A DNA stretch of 64,000 nt. Source: Octopus sinensis. Its lineage: Eukaryota. Within the stretch, counting starts at the first letter, position 1; every line of letters begins with the position of its first letter. Location of the stretch: the NCBI RefSeq assembly GCF_006345805.1, contig NC_043010.1, positions 27,094,001 to 27,158,000 of the forward strand, given 5' to 3'. Position numbers and translations under genes: made by a program. Below are positions 39,300 through 51,153 of this stretch, piece by piece. Below the pieces are notes generated by a model. That model was not told the DNA's origin and made no database searches. It saw only the letters and a list, made by a program, of their open reading frames with translations.

Positions 39300-40380
39300 G
39301 ACTACAAACTAAAACCTTGAACTGATAGATCTCAAAGCAAAGATGGTAAAGACTAAAGTTTTAATTTGCAAGACACAAGACGGAATCAGGTAAAAATAGA
39401 CAGAAGACAACTAGGCAGAAATTCCATACAGTGAACCCATTATAAACTATAGGTACACATGAGGTATCACAGGATCACCATGTCAGCATATCCCACAGGT
39501 GTCATTAGACAGGTATGTGTGCTGACAGGAAAAGTAGGCTTCATAAATAATAGACGCACAGAAGCAGTGATGGATTTACTTATAGGCTTAACAGGCCCAA
39601 GCCTAGCGCCACATAATCTAGGGAGCCTCCAGTCAAGATGTTTAATGTTTATAAAGCTCTTAAGGAGGGTTTTTGCAAGTGGAATAGCTTAGGGTCTCTC
39701 TTCATCTAAATCTGGTACATCATGGAAATAGTAAAATTATTACATGAGATAGATTCCTTCAATTGCTTGGAAGGCTCTTTAGCAAATGTTAGCTTTTGCT
39801 ATCTTGGCGACCTAATTAGCAGTGGAGACTTGGTGTTCTGACTTAATTAGCAGTGGGCGTAGGTGTTCTGAAGGCATTGTAGCCAGAGCAAGTATAGTAT
39901 GGGAAAGTTCAGGATGTTATTTCTGTTAAAGAGCACATTGTATGATGCCTTTGTTTCTTTGCTATTTTTGTATTTAAATGTTATAATTTAAACGAGATAC
40001 TGGTTTTGAATATAGAGGATTTTGTGAAGATGGGAATGAAATGAGGCAAGCATACCTTGTTAGACATATAATGAACAATGAAAGACAAATGAGAAAGAAA
40101 AAAAACTGGAAAGAGAGGTAATCAAGTTTAGAGTTCAGGGGAGAGAACTGTTCTGATATGATCACGTGATATGTGTGTGGGAGCCGTCAGTTGTATAATA
40201 AATTTATTGAGTGCTCCAAGTGGAAGTGGGAGAGCAAAGAAAAGAGAGGGAGGCCAAAGAAGACTGGTCTCAAACGGCTGAACCTCATAGATGAGGTGAC
40301 AATAGACCAGAACTTGAAGCAAAGTGTTATGCTGGAGGGCATCCACCTAAGCATGGAAAAACAAGCATAAAAAATTATGT
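39300..40380 (+). mobile_element. Degenerate RTE fragment
   Basis: SFCYLGDLISSG and RGRPKKT remnants. Confidence 0.6.
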
Positions 40381-41977
40381 TGGAGGTGAATAAAGATTCA
40401 GACACGTAATATCAACATTTGTGGGGTCTTTCCCAACTATCATGTTCATATTAAGACTCTATATACCACTCCTTACCATCTGCAAATAGCACTTTTCATT
40501 TGGCAATCATCATTCATTCATGTCATTCATCTGCATCAGTTGTCTCTCTTCAACAAATAAGTTGGTGTCTTTGATGTTTTCCAAGAAATATCACAACACT
40601 CTTTCATTCTCTTTCTTTCTCAAGTTATTGTCGTAACTTCCAGTGCAAATTAAGTCCCCTTACGTTATCAAAAATACGTTTACTTCTCTTGTGACCCATC
40701 TAAGCTATTCACGGACATGATCTTCAATCTGGCTCCAAAGCTCACGCCCATGCAACTGGTAAATCTAAATCCCCAAATCCTTGTCTGCATGCCTCTGATT
40801 ACACTGTGCATATTGTACATTCATTATTACATACAAGGCTTTTAGGTGGAAAGCTAGTAGAATCATTTGTGCATTGGACCAAGATGCTTAGTGACATTTC
40901 TTTTGGCTCTTCATGTTCTGAGTTCAAACACAGCTGTCAGCTTTGCCTGTCATCTTTTTGGGGTTGATAAAATAAATCCCAGTTGAGTACTTGAATTGAT
41001 GTAACCAACTAACCACATCCCCTAAAATTTCAGGCCTTCTGCCAAAATTTGAAAGTATTTTTGCAGTTAAGGGAGTGAGCTAACAGAATCAATAGATTTA
41101 CAGAAAAAAATGCTTTGCAGTATTATTTCTGGTTCTTTACATCCTGAGTTCAAATCCTGCCATGGTCAACTTTGCTTTTCTTCAATGAAACAGCTATCAG
41201 ATGAGGCTTGGGACAGATGTAATAAATAAGCTCTCCTTGCCCTAAGACTGTGCCAAAATTTCTTGCCATTATTACACATAAAGCAGTGAGCAGAAAGAAT
41301 TAATAGATCTTCAGAATAAATGCTCAGCAGTATTTCTTTTTCACTTTTTACATTCTGAGTTCAAATCCTGCCAAAGTCAGTTTTACTTTTTATCCTTCAA
41401 AGATTGATAAATTAAGTACCTGTCAAATACTGGTGTCCATGGTATTGACTTTCCCCTTTCCCTCATAAGTGCTGGCCTTGTGCTTAAATCAGAAATTATT
41501 ATTATTATTATTACACTGGAGTGCACATAATTGATTTTATTCTGATTCAAGTCCAACATATCAAGCAAAGCTATTTCCTGTTATTTGTTATTAATACTTT
41601 ACTCTTTCCCATTTTGACCTTTAAATGGTTCACTTCGTAGAATATTCTTCTACTTTCTGAATATTTTTTTCTGCTGTTTTTCTGAAATTCTACAATGAAA
41701 GCCATGTCTTCAGTGAAGACATTTTTTGGAAAAAAAAATAAAATAAAAAAAGGAAAAAAATCAAAATTTGTTGTTGTTTTTGTCCTGCTAGAATATAAAG
41801 ACAATATTTTTAGAGATATCAGACTATATCAATATTATATTGATATCGTATTTGTGTATTGGTTTCAGTCATATACAAATTCAGTATACAAATATTGGTT
41901 TCATATCATATTTTCCAGCATAAAAATCCAATTTTTCAACCCAAAATTGTCTTCATTCACTGTCCATACCTCAAATC

Positions 41978-42213
41978 ATAAGGCGGCAAGCTGGCAGAAT
42001 CGTTAGCGTGCCAGGCAAAATGCTTAGTGGTATTTCGTCTGCTGCTACGTTCTGAGTTCAAATTCTGCTGAGGTCGACTTTGCCTTTCATCCTTTTGGGG
42101 TCGATTAAATAAGTTTCGCTCATAAACACACACATCGCCCGGTCTGAGATTCGAACCCATGGTCCCTCGACTGCAAGTCCGCTACTCTAACCACTAGGCC
42201 ATGTGCCTCCACA
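41978..42213. mobile_element. SINE family B (+) abutting a tRNA-like SINE head (-)
   Basis: 41978-42115 has A/B boxes (GAGTTCAAATTC). 42130-42213 reads GGAGGCACATGGCCTAGTGG...GGTTCGAATCTC on the minus strand. Confidence 0.75.
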
Positions 42214-42855
42214 TTAGTGATAGAGGCAGTATAAATAGCAAAAGTTAATAATTGAAGCATTTACTTTCCGCACCAGATATAAGCATCGGAATGACCCTTG
42301 GGTAATTGAGGAAACAACAACTTGAAAGAATCTGATTTTGATTGGAAGACTAAGATTCATTTACTGTCTCTATGGCATCTCTCTCAGTTTGACTGAAGAA
42401 ATTTTCACAGGCATGAAGCCAACAGCTTGCAGGTTGTGTTTTAATGGTTATCATGAAATCAACTAAACATACACTTATACTGGTTTTGAAAGTAAGCTCC
42501 TCAATTATCTCCAACTAAAAACGGATGTGGTGTTAGAACACAAAATACTGTCAAAGGGACTTGTGGTGCATATGAACCCTTATGTTTATATTGCTGTTGT
42601 CCAGGGACAACCTAGCGCTAAATAGCAATGACACTGAAACGGATGAATTTCTTCAAGCTGGCCAGTCTTTGACACTATATTAAAGATTCTTGACCTTTTC
42701 TTAACTCAGTACTTCCTTACACCAAATGCACCAAGCCTCCTTATGAGAGGTCGTCTCATAAGGACATATGATGCATTTGGTCCTTAAGAGATCCTCAGCA
42801 TTCCAACAATACATTCATGTTAAATTGGATATAAAGATTGCCTTTTGATATACAT

Positions 42856-42900
<45 letters not shown>

Positions 42901-43158
42901 AGATGTACTTGTATAGCAAGTTACCTGATCTGAGATCATGTACTGAACCAAAAACAAAAACGATTGCAGCCTGGAGGCAGCACGGAATTTTGTCAGTGAT
43001 TAGTCATGGTCTCAAAGCGATGAAAATATTTTGGCAAATTAAATTTAGATGTTGAAGTGAATCTAACAGTTTTTGTGTGTTTCTTAAATGGCTATAAAAA
43101 CACCTTCCACGCTGCAATTGTGTTTGTATTTATATATGTGGTGATATATATGTGTATG

Positions 43159-43191
<33 letters not shown>

Positions 43192-43599
43192 CATGTATAT
43201 ATATATTACATTATAATATATATATACATGTATATTATATATACATGTATATATATATATCATGTATATATATATACATATTATATATATATACCATATA
43301 CATGTAATATATATACATATATAATATATACATATATACATGTATAATATATACATATATATATAATATATATATAACATATATACATGTATATATATAT
43401 ATACATGTATATTATAATACATATATATTATATATACATATATACATGTATATATATATACATGTATATATATATACATGTATATATATATACATGTATA
43501 TATATATATACATATATATTACATACATATATAAATACATATATATTATACATACATATATATATACATACATATATATATACATACATATATATATAC

Positions 43600-43648
<49 letters not shown>

Positions 43649-43660
43649 CATATATATATA

Positions 43661-44222
43661 CAAGGTATCATAAAAGTTGAAGCACCTCAAAGGGCAATCA
43701 CAAAAAAGATAGATGGCATGACAGGCCTCGACTATTGGGGTCGGCTAGAAAAGCTAAAACTCTATTCTCTCCAACGTCGTCGTGAGCGCTACATCATCTG
43801 CATGATGTGGAAAATATTCCATCAGCATTGCCCAAATGATGTTGGCATCACCTTTAAGGTACATCCAAGGCTTGGGCCCCGTGCCATCCGCCCAAAACAA
43901 AAATCGCACTCTCATCTCATAACAACAATACGGCACAATTATTCCCACACTCAATTGGCCCCGCTCTCTTTAACATTACACAAAACACATTAAAACAGAA
44001 ACTGACCCTATAGGGTTCAAGAAGTCTTTGGACAGATTCCTTCAAGAAATCCGGATAAACCCCCTACACCTGGATATGTCTCTGTAAACAATAACTCTCT
44101 ACTTGAGTGGGCCATAGTGCCCAAATTCTGACTTGAAAGACTTCACCAGGTGGTGCTATTAAGTTAGACATGGCCTGGGCCAATAATGGCCGAACCTATC
44201 AAAGTATCAAAGTATCAAAGTA
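43661..44222 (+). mobile_element. CR1-group LINE 3' fragment
   Basis: [17 protein letters not shown] motif; (AAGTATCA)n tail. Confidence 0.85.
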
Positions 44223-44511
44223 TATATACATACATATATATATATATATACATACATATATATATATATATATGTTATATATACATATATACATATATAT
44301 ATATATACATATAATATATATACATATAATATATATACATATATATACATACATATATATATATACATATATATATTACATATATATATATATACAATAT
44401 ATATAATATATATATATACATATATATATATAATATATATATACATATATATATATATAATATATATATATTATATAGATATACATATATATATATACAT
44501 ATATATTATAC

Positions 44512-44603
<92 letters not shown>

Positions 44604-44604
<1 letters not shown>

Positions 44605-45153
44605 TGATTGATTGATTGATTGATTGATTCTAGTTTCAGCTTATGAGCTGTGGCCATGCTGGGGCACCGCCATTTGGTGTTGCTACTTGGTTTCACTTCA
44701 TGAAGGCTTTCTAGCAGCTGCTATTTGGTGCATGAGAGAGTTCGATGCAGCTGCCCTCGTCTGCCCCTCCTGCCGTGAAGTTGGTTCATCTGGGACACCT
44801 GACAGGAAGAGATCCAGCTTCATTTTAAAGACATCTGTATCCACCCCGTCCAGGTCTCTTAGTTTCTTCGGGAGGATATTGAAGAGCTGTGGGCCTCGGA
44901 AGCCCAGGCTATCACAGAAACTTGTCCTACATCTTGATGGCAAGTTTGGAGTCCTAGGCACCACGCAGTGGCGCCCAGTCCTGGCATTTGCGTAACTCTC
45001 GATGCCAAAGTTCAGGACACTTCCGTCCAGGATCTTCCAGATGTATATTATGGCATATCTTTCCCGCCTACGCTCCAGGGAATATAATTTTAATTTCTTG
45101 AGACTTTCCCAGTAGCTTACATTCTGCATAGAGGCTATCTTCTGCATAGAGGC

Positions 45154-45155
<2 letters not shown>
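44604..45155 (-). mobile_element. CR1-group LINE 3' fragment (second subfamily)
   Basis: [29 protein letters not shown]...GPQLFNILP; (TCAA)n tail. Confidence 0.88.
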
Positions 45156-45198
<43 letters not shown>

Positions 45199-45308
45199 CA
45201 TATATATATATATATACATACTTTAATTGTTCCACGTCCTGCATTGCTGTGTTTTTTTCTCTCTTTTTTTCTGTGTTTCTGTTTTGGATTAACTTTATAT
45301 ATATATAT

Positions 45309-45341
<33 letters not shown>

Positions 45342-45363
45342 AACACATACACACACACATATA

Positions 45364-45400
<37 letters not shown>

Positions 45401-45632
45401 AAAAGTTTGTTTGGTAAAGCACGTGGGTGAATATATAAGAAAATAGTAAAGGGTGGAAAAAACGACAGAAGGCTTAAAATTTAAAAATATATATATTTGT
45501 GTCAAAATGTCTGGAGAATATTGGAAAAATTTTTTTTCCTTTCCTTAAAATGACATAATTTTAAAATTTTTAAATAAATTACCGGTTTCGCGTGTAGCTT
45601 TTCAAATTTCTTGTGACGTTATGTTTATATTG

Positions 45633-45842
45633 CATGGAGTCCTAGGCACCATGCAGTGGCGCCCAGTTCTGGCATTTGCGTAACTCTCGATGCCAAAGTT
45701 CAGGACACTTCCCTCCAGGATCTTCCAGATGTATATTATGGCATATCTTTCCCGCCTACGCTCCAAGGAATATAATTTTAATTTCTTGAGTCTTTCCCAG
45801 TAGCTTACATTCTGCATAGAGGCTATCTTCTGCATAGAGGCT
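45633..45842 (-). mobile_element. Duplicate of the 5' end of the 44604-45155 CR1 fragment
   Basis: Same truncation point and the same internal CTCTATGCAGAA duplication; a few SNPs. Confidence 0.85.
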
Positions 45843-45876
<34 letters not shown>

Positions 45877-45901
45877 TAATGTATATATATATATATATAT
45901 A

Positions 45902-46001
45902 NNNNNNNNNNNNNNNNNNNNNNNNNNNNNNNNNNNNNNNNNNNNNNNNNNNNNNNNNNNNNNNNNNNNNNNNNNNNNNNNNNNNNNNNNNNNNNNNNNN
46001 N
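45902..46001. other. Assembly gap (100 N)
   Basis: Run of N after a (TA)n tract, inside the inferred PRADC1 intron 1. Confidence 0.99.
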
Positions 46002-46092
46002 GAGCTAGGAAAAAATACAAAGCCCAGCTTCAATACCGAATCATTCTACGCATCTGTGTAATTTTTCGCGCAATTCCAACCAGCCGTTTGAC

Positions 46093-46156
46093 CGTGAATG
46101 CCAAAACAAGAAAGAATCGCCCATGTCAAATTTGTATGTATAGATGACTTTTTCAT
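46093..46156 (-). CDS. PRADC1: Candidate PRADC1 exon 1 (signal peptide MKKSSIHTNLTWAILSCFGIH)
   Basis: ATG at 46156 followed by a basic n-region and hydrophobic h-region. Phase-1 donor G|GTCAAA (alternative G|GTTGGA at 46081) joins exon 2 in frame, giving 192 aa. Lies at the CpG-retention boundary. The donor is weak and other starts exist. Confidence 0.45.
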
Positions 46157-46232
46157 TTTCCCCGAGCGTGAAACTAATACACTTACTATTCATTCAAGTG
46201 TCTTCATCTTTGGTTTTTCGATAAATTTCAAC

Positions 46233-46295
<63 letters not shown>

Positions 46296-47250
46296 ACATA
46301 TGTGTGTGTGTGTGTTGATTTCACATACATGTATGGGAAATGGTGAAATGAAAAAGAATAATGCAAAAAGGTAAACATAAATGTACAGTCAGAACAAAAG
46401 ATTAAAACAGAAACCGATGTTGGTTTGTATACATCCTCGTAACTCAGCAGCACGGAAAACAAAATCGATAGAATAAACACTAGAATTTAAAAAATATTAG
46501 AACTGGTCTCGATTTCTTCTACTAAATCTTTCAAGGCAGTGCGCTAGCATGGCCGCAGTCTAACGACTGAGACAAATTAAACGGTGTGTGTGCATGTGTG
46601 TGTGTGTGTTTTAAAGCTTAAATGATGAAAATTACTAACAAGTGTGTCCGAATTTCTCCGCTTCAACTTCTGTGAAAATATTGATTTAAAAAGGGAAAAA
46701 TTCCCAAACAATTTATTCCATATGTCTGGACACGAACGAAAGAAACTTTTTTTTACCTGGAAAATACCCACGAGACATGGTCGTGGGATTTCTAACAAAT
46801 GTTCGTTATATCTCTTAATAAACTCTTAAACCAACCAATCTGACTAGAAATTTTCAAGAAATTTCAAGCACGAATAAGAATAAAAATATAAATAGAGGAG
46901 AAATTCTCGTGTATTTACGAAACAGCGAATATCTAAATAAAGTTACTTGTCAAAAGACGGGCAACCTTGGAAGCCTACCTTTTTTCACCGTGGGTATTAT
47001 CAGGAAATTTGGCATACGTACAGCCATTGCAATTTAAGTACATATCAAGTTTCTTGGTGATTATATAAAATAAAAATTTTGAAATGAAAAATATTCGGTA
47101 GCTTAGAATAGAACTAAAACAAATTTAGGTTTTTATCTTTTATCTTTTACTTCTTACAGTCTTTAGACAGCGGCCATGCTGGGGCACTGCCTTCAAGAAA
47201 TTTTAGTCGGATGAATCGACCACAGTAATTGTCTTTTAAAATCCCGAGGT
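46157..47250 (-). promoter_or_regulatory. Putative PRADC1 promoter / 5' region (CpG-retaining, largely unique sequence)
   Basis: CpG dinucleotides become common from about 46002 onward, directly upstream of the candidate first exon. No TSS can be proven from sequence. Confidence 0.4.
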
Positions 47251-47258
47251 AAGAAGTT

Positions 47259-47729
47259 TGCTTCCCAACCATATAGTTTCGAGTTTAGTCACACTGTGTG
47301 GAACCATGGGCAAGAGTCCTCTACTATATTCTCGGGCTGACCAAGACCTTGTGAGTAGATTTGGTAGACGGAGACTGACAGAAGCCCGTCGTGTGCATAG
47401 GCGCCGGAGTGGCTGTGTGGTAAGTCGCTTAATTACCAACCACATAGTCCCAGACGGAGACTGACAGAAGCCCGTCGTGTGCATAGGCGCGGAGTGGCTG
47501 TGTGGTAAGTCGCTTAATTACCAACCACATAGTCCCGGGACTATGTGGTTGGTAATTAAGCGACTTACCACACAGCCACTCCCGCGCCTATGCACACGAC
47601 GGGCTTCTGTCAGTCTCCGTCTACCAAATCTACTCACAAGGTCTTGGTCAGCCCGAGAATATAGTAGAGGACTCTTGCCCATGGTTCCACACAGTGTGAC
47701 TAAACTCGAAACTATATGGTTGGGAAGCA
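47259..47729. repeat. SINE-derived spacerless palindrome
   Basis: Centre AGTCCC|GGGACT at 47536/47537; near-identical arms; ~86-bp tandem duplication in the left arm. Confidence 0.95.
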
Positions 47730-47751
47730 TAGATATTTACAATGAGTATTA

Positions 47752-47942
47752 TGTACATTATTTACATTTGATAGATATTTGTCCTCATCTTGTTCGTTGT
47801 TAATAGAACGCTTCGGCTGATATACCCTCCTGCCTTCATCAGGTGCCTTGGGGAAATTTTGAACCTGGGTTCTCTTCCTAAGGTATTTTGCAATGTCATT
47901 ATTATTATTATTATCATCATTATCATCATCATCATCATCATC

Positions 47943-47981
<39 letters not shown>

Positions 47982-48340
47982 GTTATTTCTATTATCATTA
48001 TAATTATTATTCAGGTCACTGTTTGGAATCGAACTCGGAATCTTGAGGTTAGTAGCCCGCGTTCTTAACTAACCCCAAGATTTCGAGTTCGATTCCAGGC
48101 CGTAACCTGAATAATAATAATAATAACAATAATAATAATAACAACAAAAACAACATGGAAAAATACCTTATGAATGAGAACCCAGGTTCGAAATTTCCCC
48201 AAGACACCTGATGAATGCTGGAGAGTATATCAGCCAAAACGTTGTATTAACAACAAACAAGATGAGGACGAATATCCGTCAAATGTAAATAATGAAAATA
48301 ATGTAAATAATGTACATAATTCCTCATCTCTTAAATATAG
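47752..48340. repeat. Imperfect ~590-bp fold-back carrying degenerate hammerheads
   Basis: Inner arms end at 48053 and start at 48068; outer arms 47752-47885 and 48170-48340 each contain CTGATGA. Confidence 0.85.
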
Positions 48341-48767
48341 AAATTAATATTATTATATGTTTTCCTAAATTCTACCATCATAATCGCAATCTGCTCCATC
48401 GAGAATTTCTTTCTGAAAAATTCCATTGAAATGGTGTTTCTCTCAGAAAGTGAGGAGATACTCACCCGAAATTTCTAGTACTAACTTACTCTTTCTTTTA
48501 TTCTCCGCTCCCTTTCCCTATACCGATGGTCCTCAATCATTTTTTATCTATGAACCCCTTGGACTCCATGGGTATTCAGTGTCTAGAAGCTGGTTTTATA
48601 GATACTTCTTTCAAAATTCCTATTTTGTTTTTTTTACACATTAAGTTGCAACAGCTGCTCTCTGAGAAAACATGTTTCAGCGGCTGGGAACAGGTTGAAC
48701 TATGCTAAGCGCTAGGAAAAGAAACCAAGCTGTTTCGTGTAATAGTTACATCTAAATTTTTTTTTTC

Positions 48768-48932
48768 AAGGCGTAGGAATGGCTGTGTGGTAAGTAGCTT
48801 CCTTACGAACCACATGGTTCCGGGTTCAGTCCCACTGCGTGTCACCTTGGGCAAGTGTCTTCTACTATAGCCTCGGGCCGACCAAAGCCTTGTGAGTGGA
48901 TTTGGTAGACGGAAATTGAAAGAAGCCCGTCG

Positions 48933-48977
<45 letters not shown>

Positions 48978-49198
48978 GTATGTATGCGTGTATATGTTTG
49001 TGTGTCTGTGTTTGTCTCCCCAGCATCGCTTGACAACCGATGCTGGTGTGTTTACGTCTCCATAACTTAGCAGTTCGGCAAAAGAGACCGATAGAATAAG
49101 TACTAGGCTTACAACGAATAAGTCGTGGGGTCAATTTGCTCGACTAAAGGCGGTGCTCCAGCATGGCCACAGTCAAATGGCTGAAACAAGTAAAAGAG
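48768..49198 (+). mobile_element. tRNA-derived SINE, family A (near full length)
   Basis: A box TGGCTGTGTGG, B box GGTTCAGTCCC, CCTTGGGCAAGTGTCTT central motif, internal (TA)n. Confidence 0.88.
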
Positions 49199-49526
49199 AC
49201 CCTTAAAATGCTGGGTTTTTTTTTTGCGCGAACGCCCAAAAGCCTTTTATGGACCCCGGTTGAGAGCCAGTACTCTATACGACGTATAGCATAACCGAAG
49301 AATCAATCAACCAACCGACCAACCAACATTTTCTTCGGATATTATTAAACAGGAATGATGTAATTTTGTTGGCTTAATAAGAAAAAAAATAATGTGATTC
49401 AAGAAATTACGTAGAATGTTGTTATAAGATTGAAAAATGTATATGCCCGAATTATAGCATATTCGTTGCAAAAAATAAAAAATAAAAAAGCAATTAAAAT
49501 AAAATAAAGCTGTAGTTATAGTTGAA

Positions 49527-49850
49527 ATATGGAAGCACAATGGCCCAGTGGTTGGGGCAGCGGACTCGCAGTCGTGGGATCGCGGTTTCGATTCTCAGAC
49601 CGATTCTCAGACGATGCTCCGGCAGGGGTTGGTGGCGAACCCTGCTGTACTCTTTCACCACAACTTTCTCTCACACTTTCTTCCTGTTTCAAAGGGGCCA
49701 ACCTTGTCACGCTGAACCTCTCCGAGAACTACGTTAAGGGTACACGTGTCTGTGGACTGCTCGGCCACTTACACGTTAATTTCACGAGCAGGCTGTTCCG
49801 TTGATCGGATCAACTGGAACCCTCGTCGTCGTAACCGACGGAGTGCCACG
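49527..49850 (+). mobile_element. tRNA-derived SINE, family C (CpG-intact copy)
   Basis: A box TGGCCCAGTGG, B box GGTTTCGATTC; a partial inverted copy lies at 50230-50425. Confidence 0.85.
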
Positions 49851-50649
49851 ACGTTGAAATAAACATAGATAATGGAGAGGTGAAATCAATGTGATTAGTG
49901 TATTGGATATAGTTCTAAGTGTAAACGATCAGACAAGTAAATGTAGCTTTACTGCAAGCGAGGAAAATTTATTCAAAGTGCAAAATAAATCCAATAAGTT
50001 GTAGAATTTTATAGCGGGTGTTGAATTAAAATGAAAAATGAAACAATATATATTATGGCAAATCTTATTAAGTAATTAAATGGGCAAGTCTAATTAAAAC
50101 GTGAAAATTGAAAAAAGAAATCACAAAGGTATGTGTAAGGTGGGTGCGAAAGATGAAATGGTATGTAGAAAGACGAAAATGAAAATATACATTCGCGTGC
50201 AGTAAGATTAGATAAATTAAAAAAAAAGACTCCGCCGGTTACGACGACGAGGGTCCCAGCTGATACGATCAACGGAACAGCTTGCTCGTGAAATTAACGT
50301 GCAAATGGCTGAGCATTCCACAGACACGTGTACCCTTAACGTAGTTCTCGGGGATAATCAGCGTGACACAGAGAGTGACAAGGCTGACCCTTTGAAATAC
50401 AAGTACAACTCATTTTTGCCAGCTGAGATAAATTAATAATAGTAGTTAATATAATAATAATTGATTAACTGCACCCCACTGTATTATTTATTACTTATGT
50501 AGTGTATTTTTTTATAATTGTGATAAAAGATGGTTAAATTAATTTTCTATTATACCAAAAATTTTAACGAAGGGGTTTGCTGAAAAAAATAAATATCAAT
50601 AAATTATAAAGTAAAATTTACTGTAAGCACGGAAGAAAAGGAGTAATTT

Positions 50650-51153
50650 GGGATCTTTACCTTTTGACCGACAGATTTTAAAAATAATTTTTTGTAACTA
50701 AACACTTTCAAACTTCGGACACTGGTAGAATGTGTCATATAAAACATCTTTTACTCTTAGCGTTTTTGAGAAAAAGCTTATATTTACAAAGTAATTTCAC
50801 GTTAAAGTTGTCCTATTTCGGTAATTTCAACCAATCAATGACGTGTATTCAGCTGAATAAAATTACTGCCGTTGTTTGTCAACTATCGGTGGTGTATTTT
50901 TCGTTTGTCACTGTTATTTATGACATCGTTCGTATTTGTACTGTTTTAGCTTTAGGGTTTTAAGGAAAGGGTTAGGGTTAGAGTTGTCATAAATAAATAA
51001 TGTGAAATAACTTCGTAAATATAAGCTTTTTCTCAAAAACGCTAAGAGTAAAAGATGTTTTATAATGACACATTCTACCAGTGTCCGAAGTTTGAAAGTG
51101 TTTAGTTACAAAAAATTATTTTTTAAATCTGTCGGTCAAAAGGTAAAGTTCCC
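50650..51153. mobile_element. MITE with ~150-bp TIRs and internal GGGTTA repeats
   Basis: 50650-50800 is approximately the reverse complement of 51002-51153; flanked by a 21-bp direct repeat. Confidence 0.9.

Noticed and set aside
42130-42213. tRNA-like sequence (possible TGC anticodon)
   Set aside because: The anticodon stem is mismatched and there is no 3' acceptor stem; it is a SINE head. The same applies to heads at 10745, 48768 and 49527.
42738-42764. 11-bp perfect hairpin (TCCTTATGAGA-ggtcg-TCTCATAAGGA)
   Set aside because: Short enough to occur by chance in 64 kb, with no associated termini or motif.
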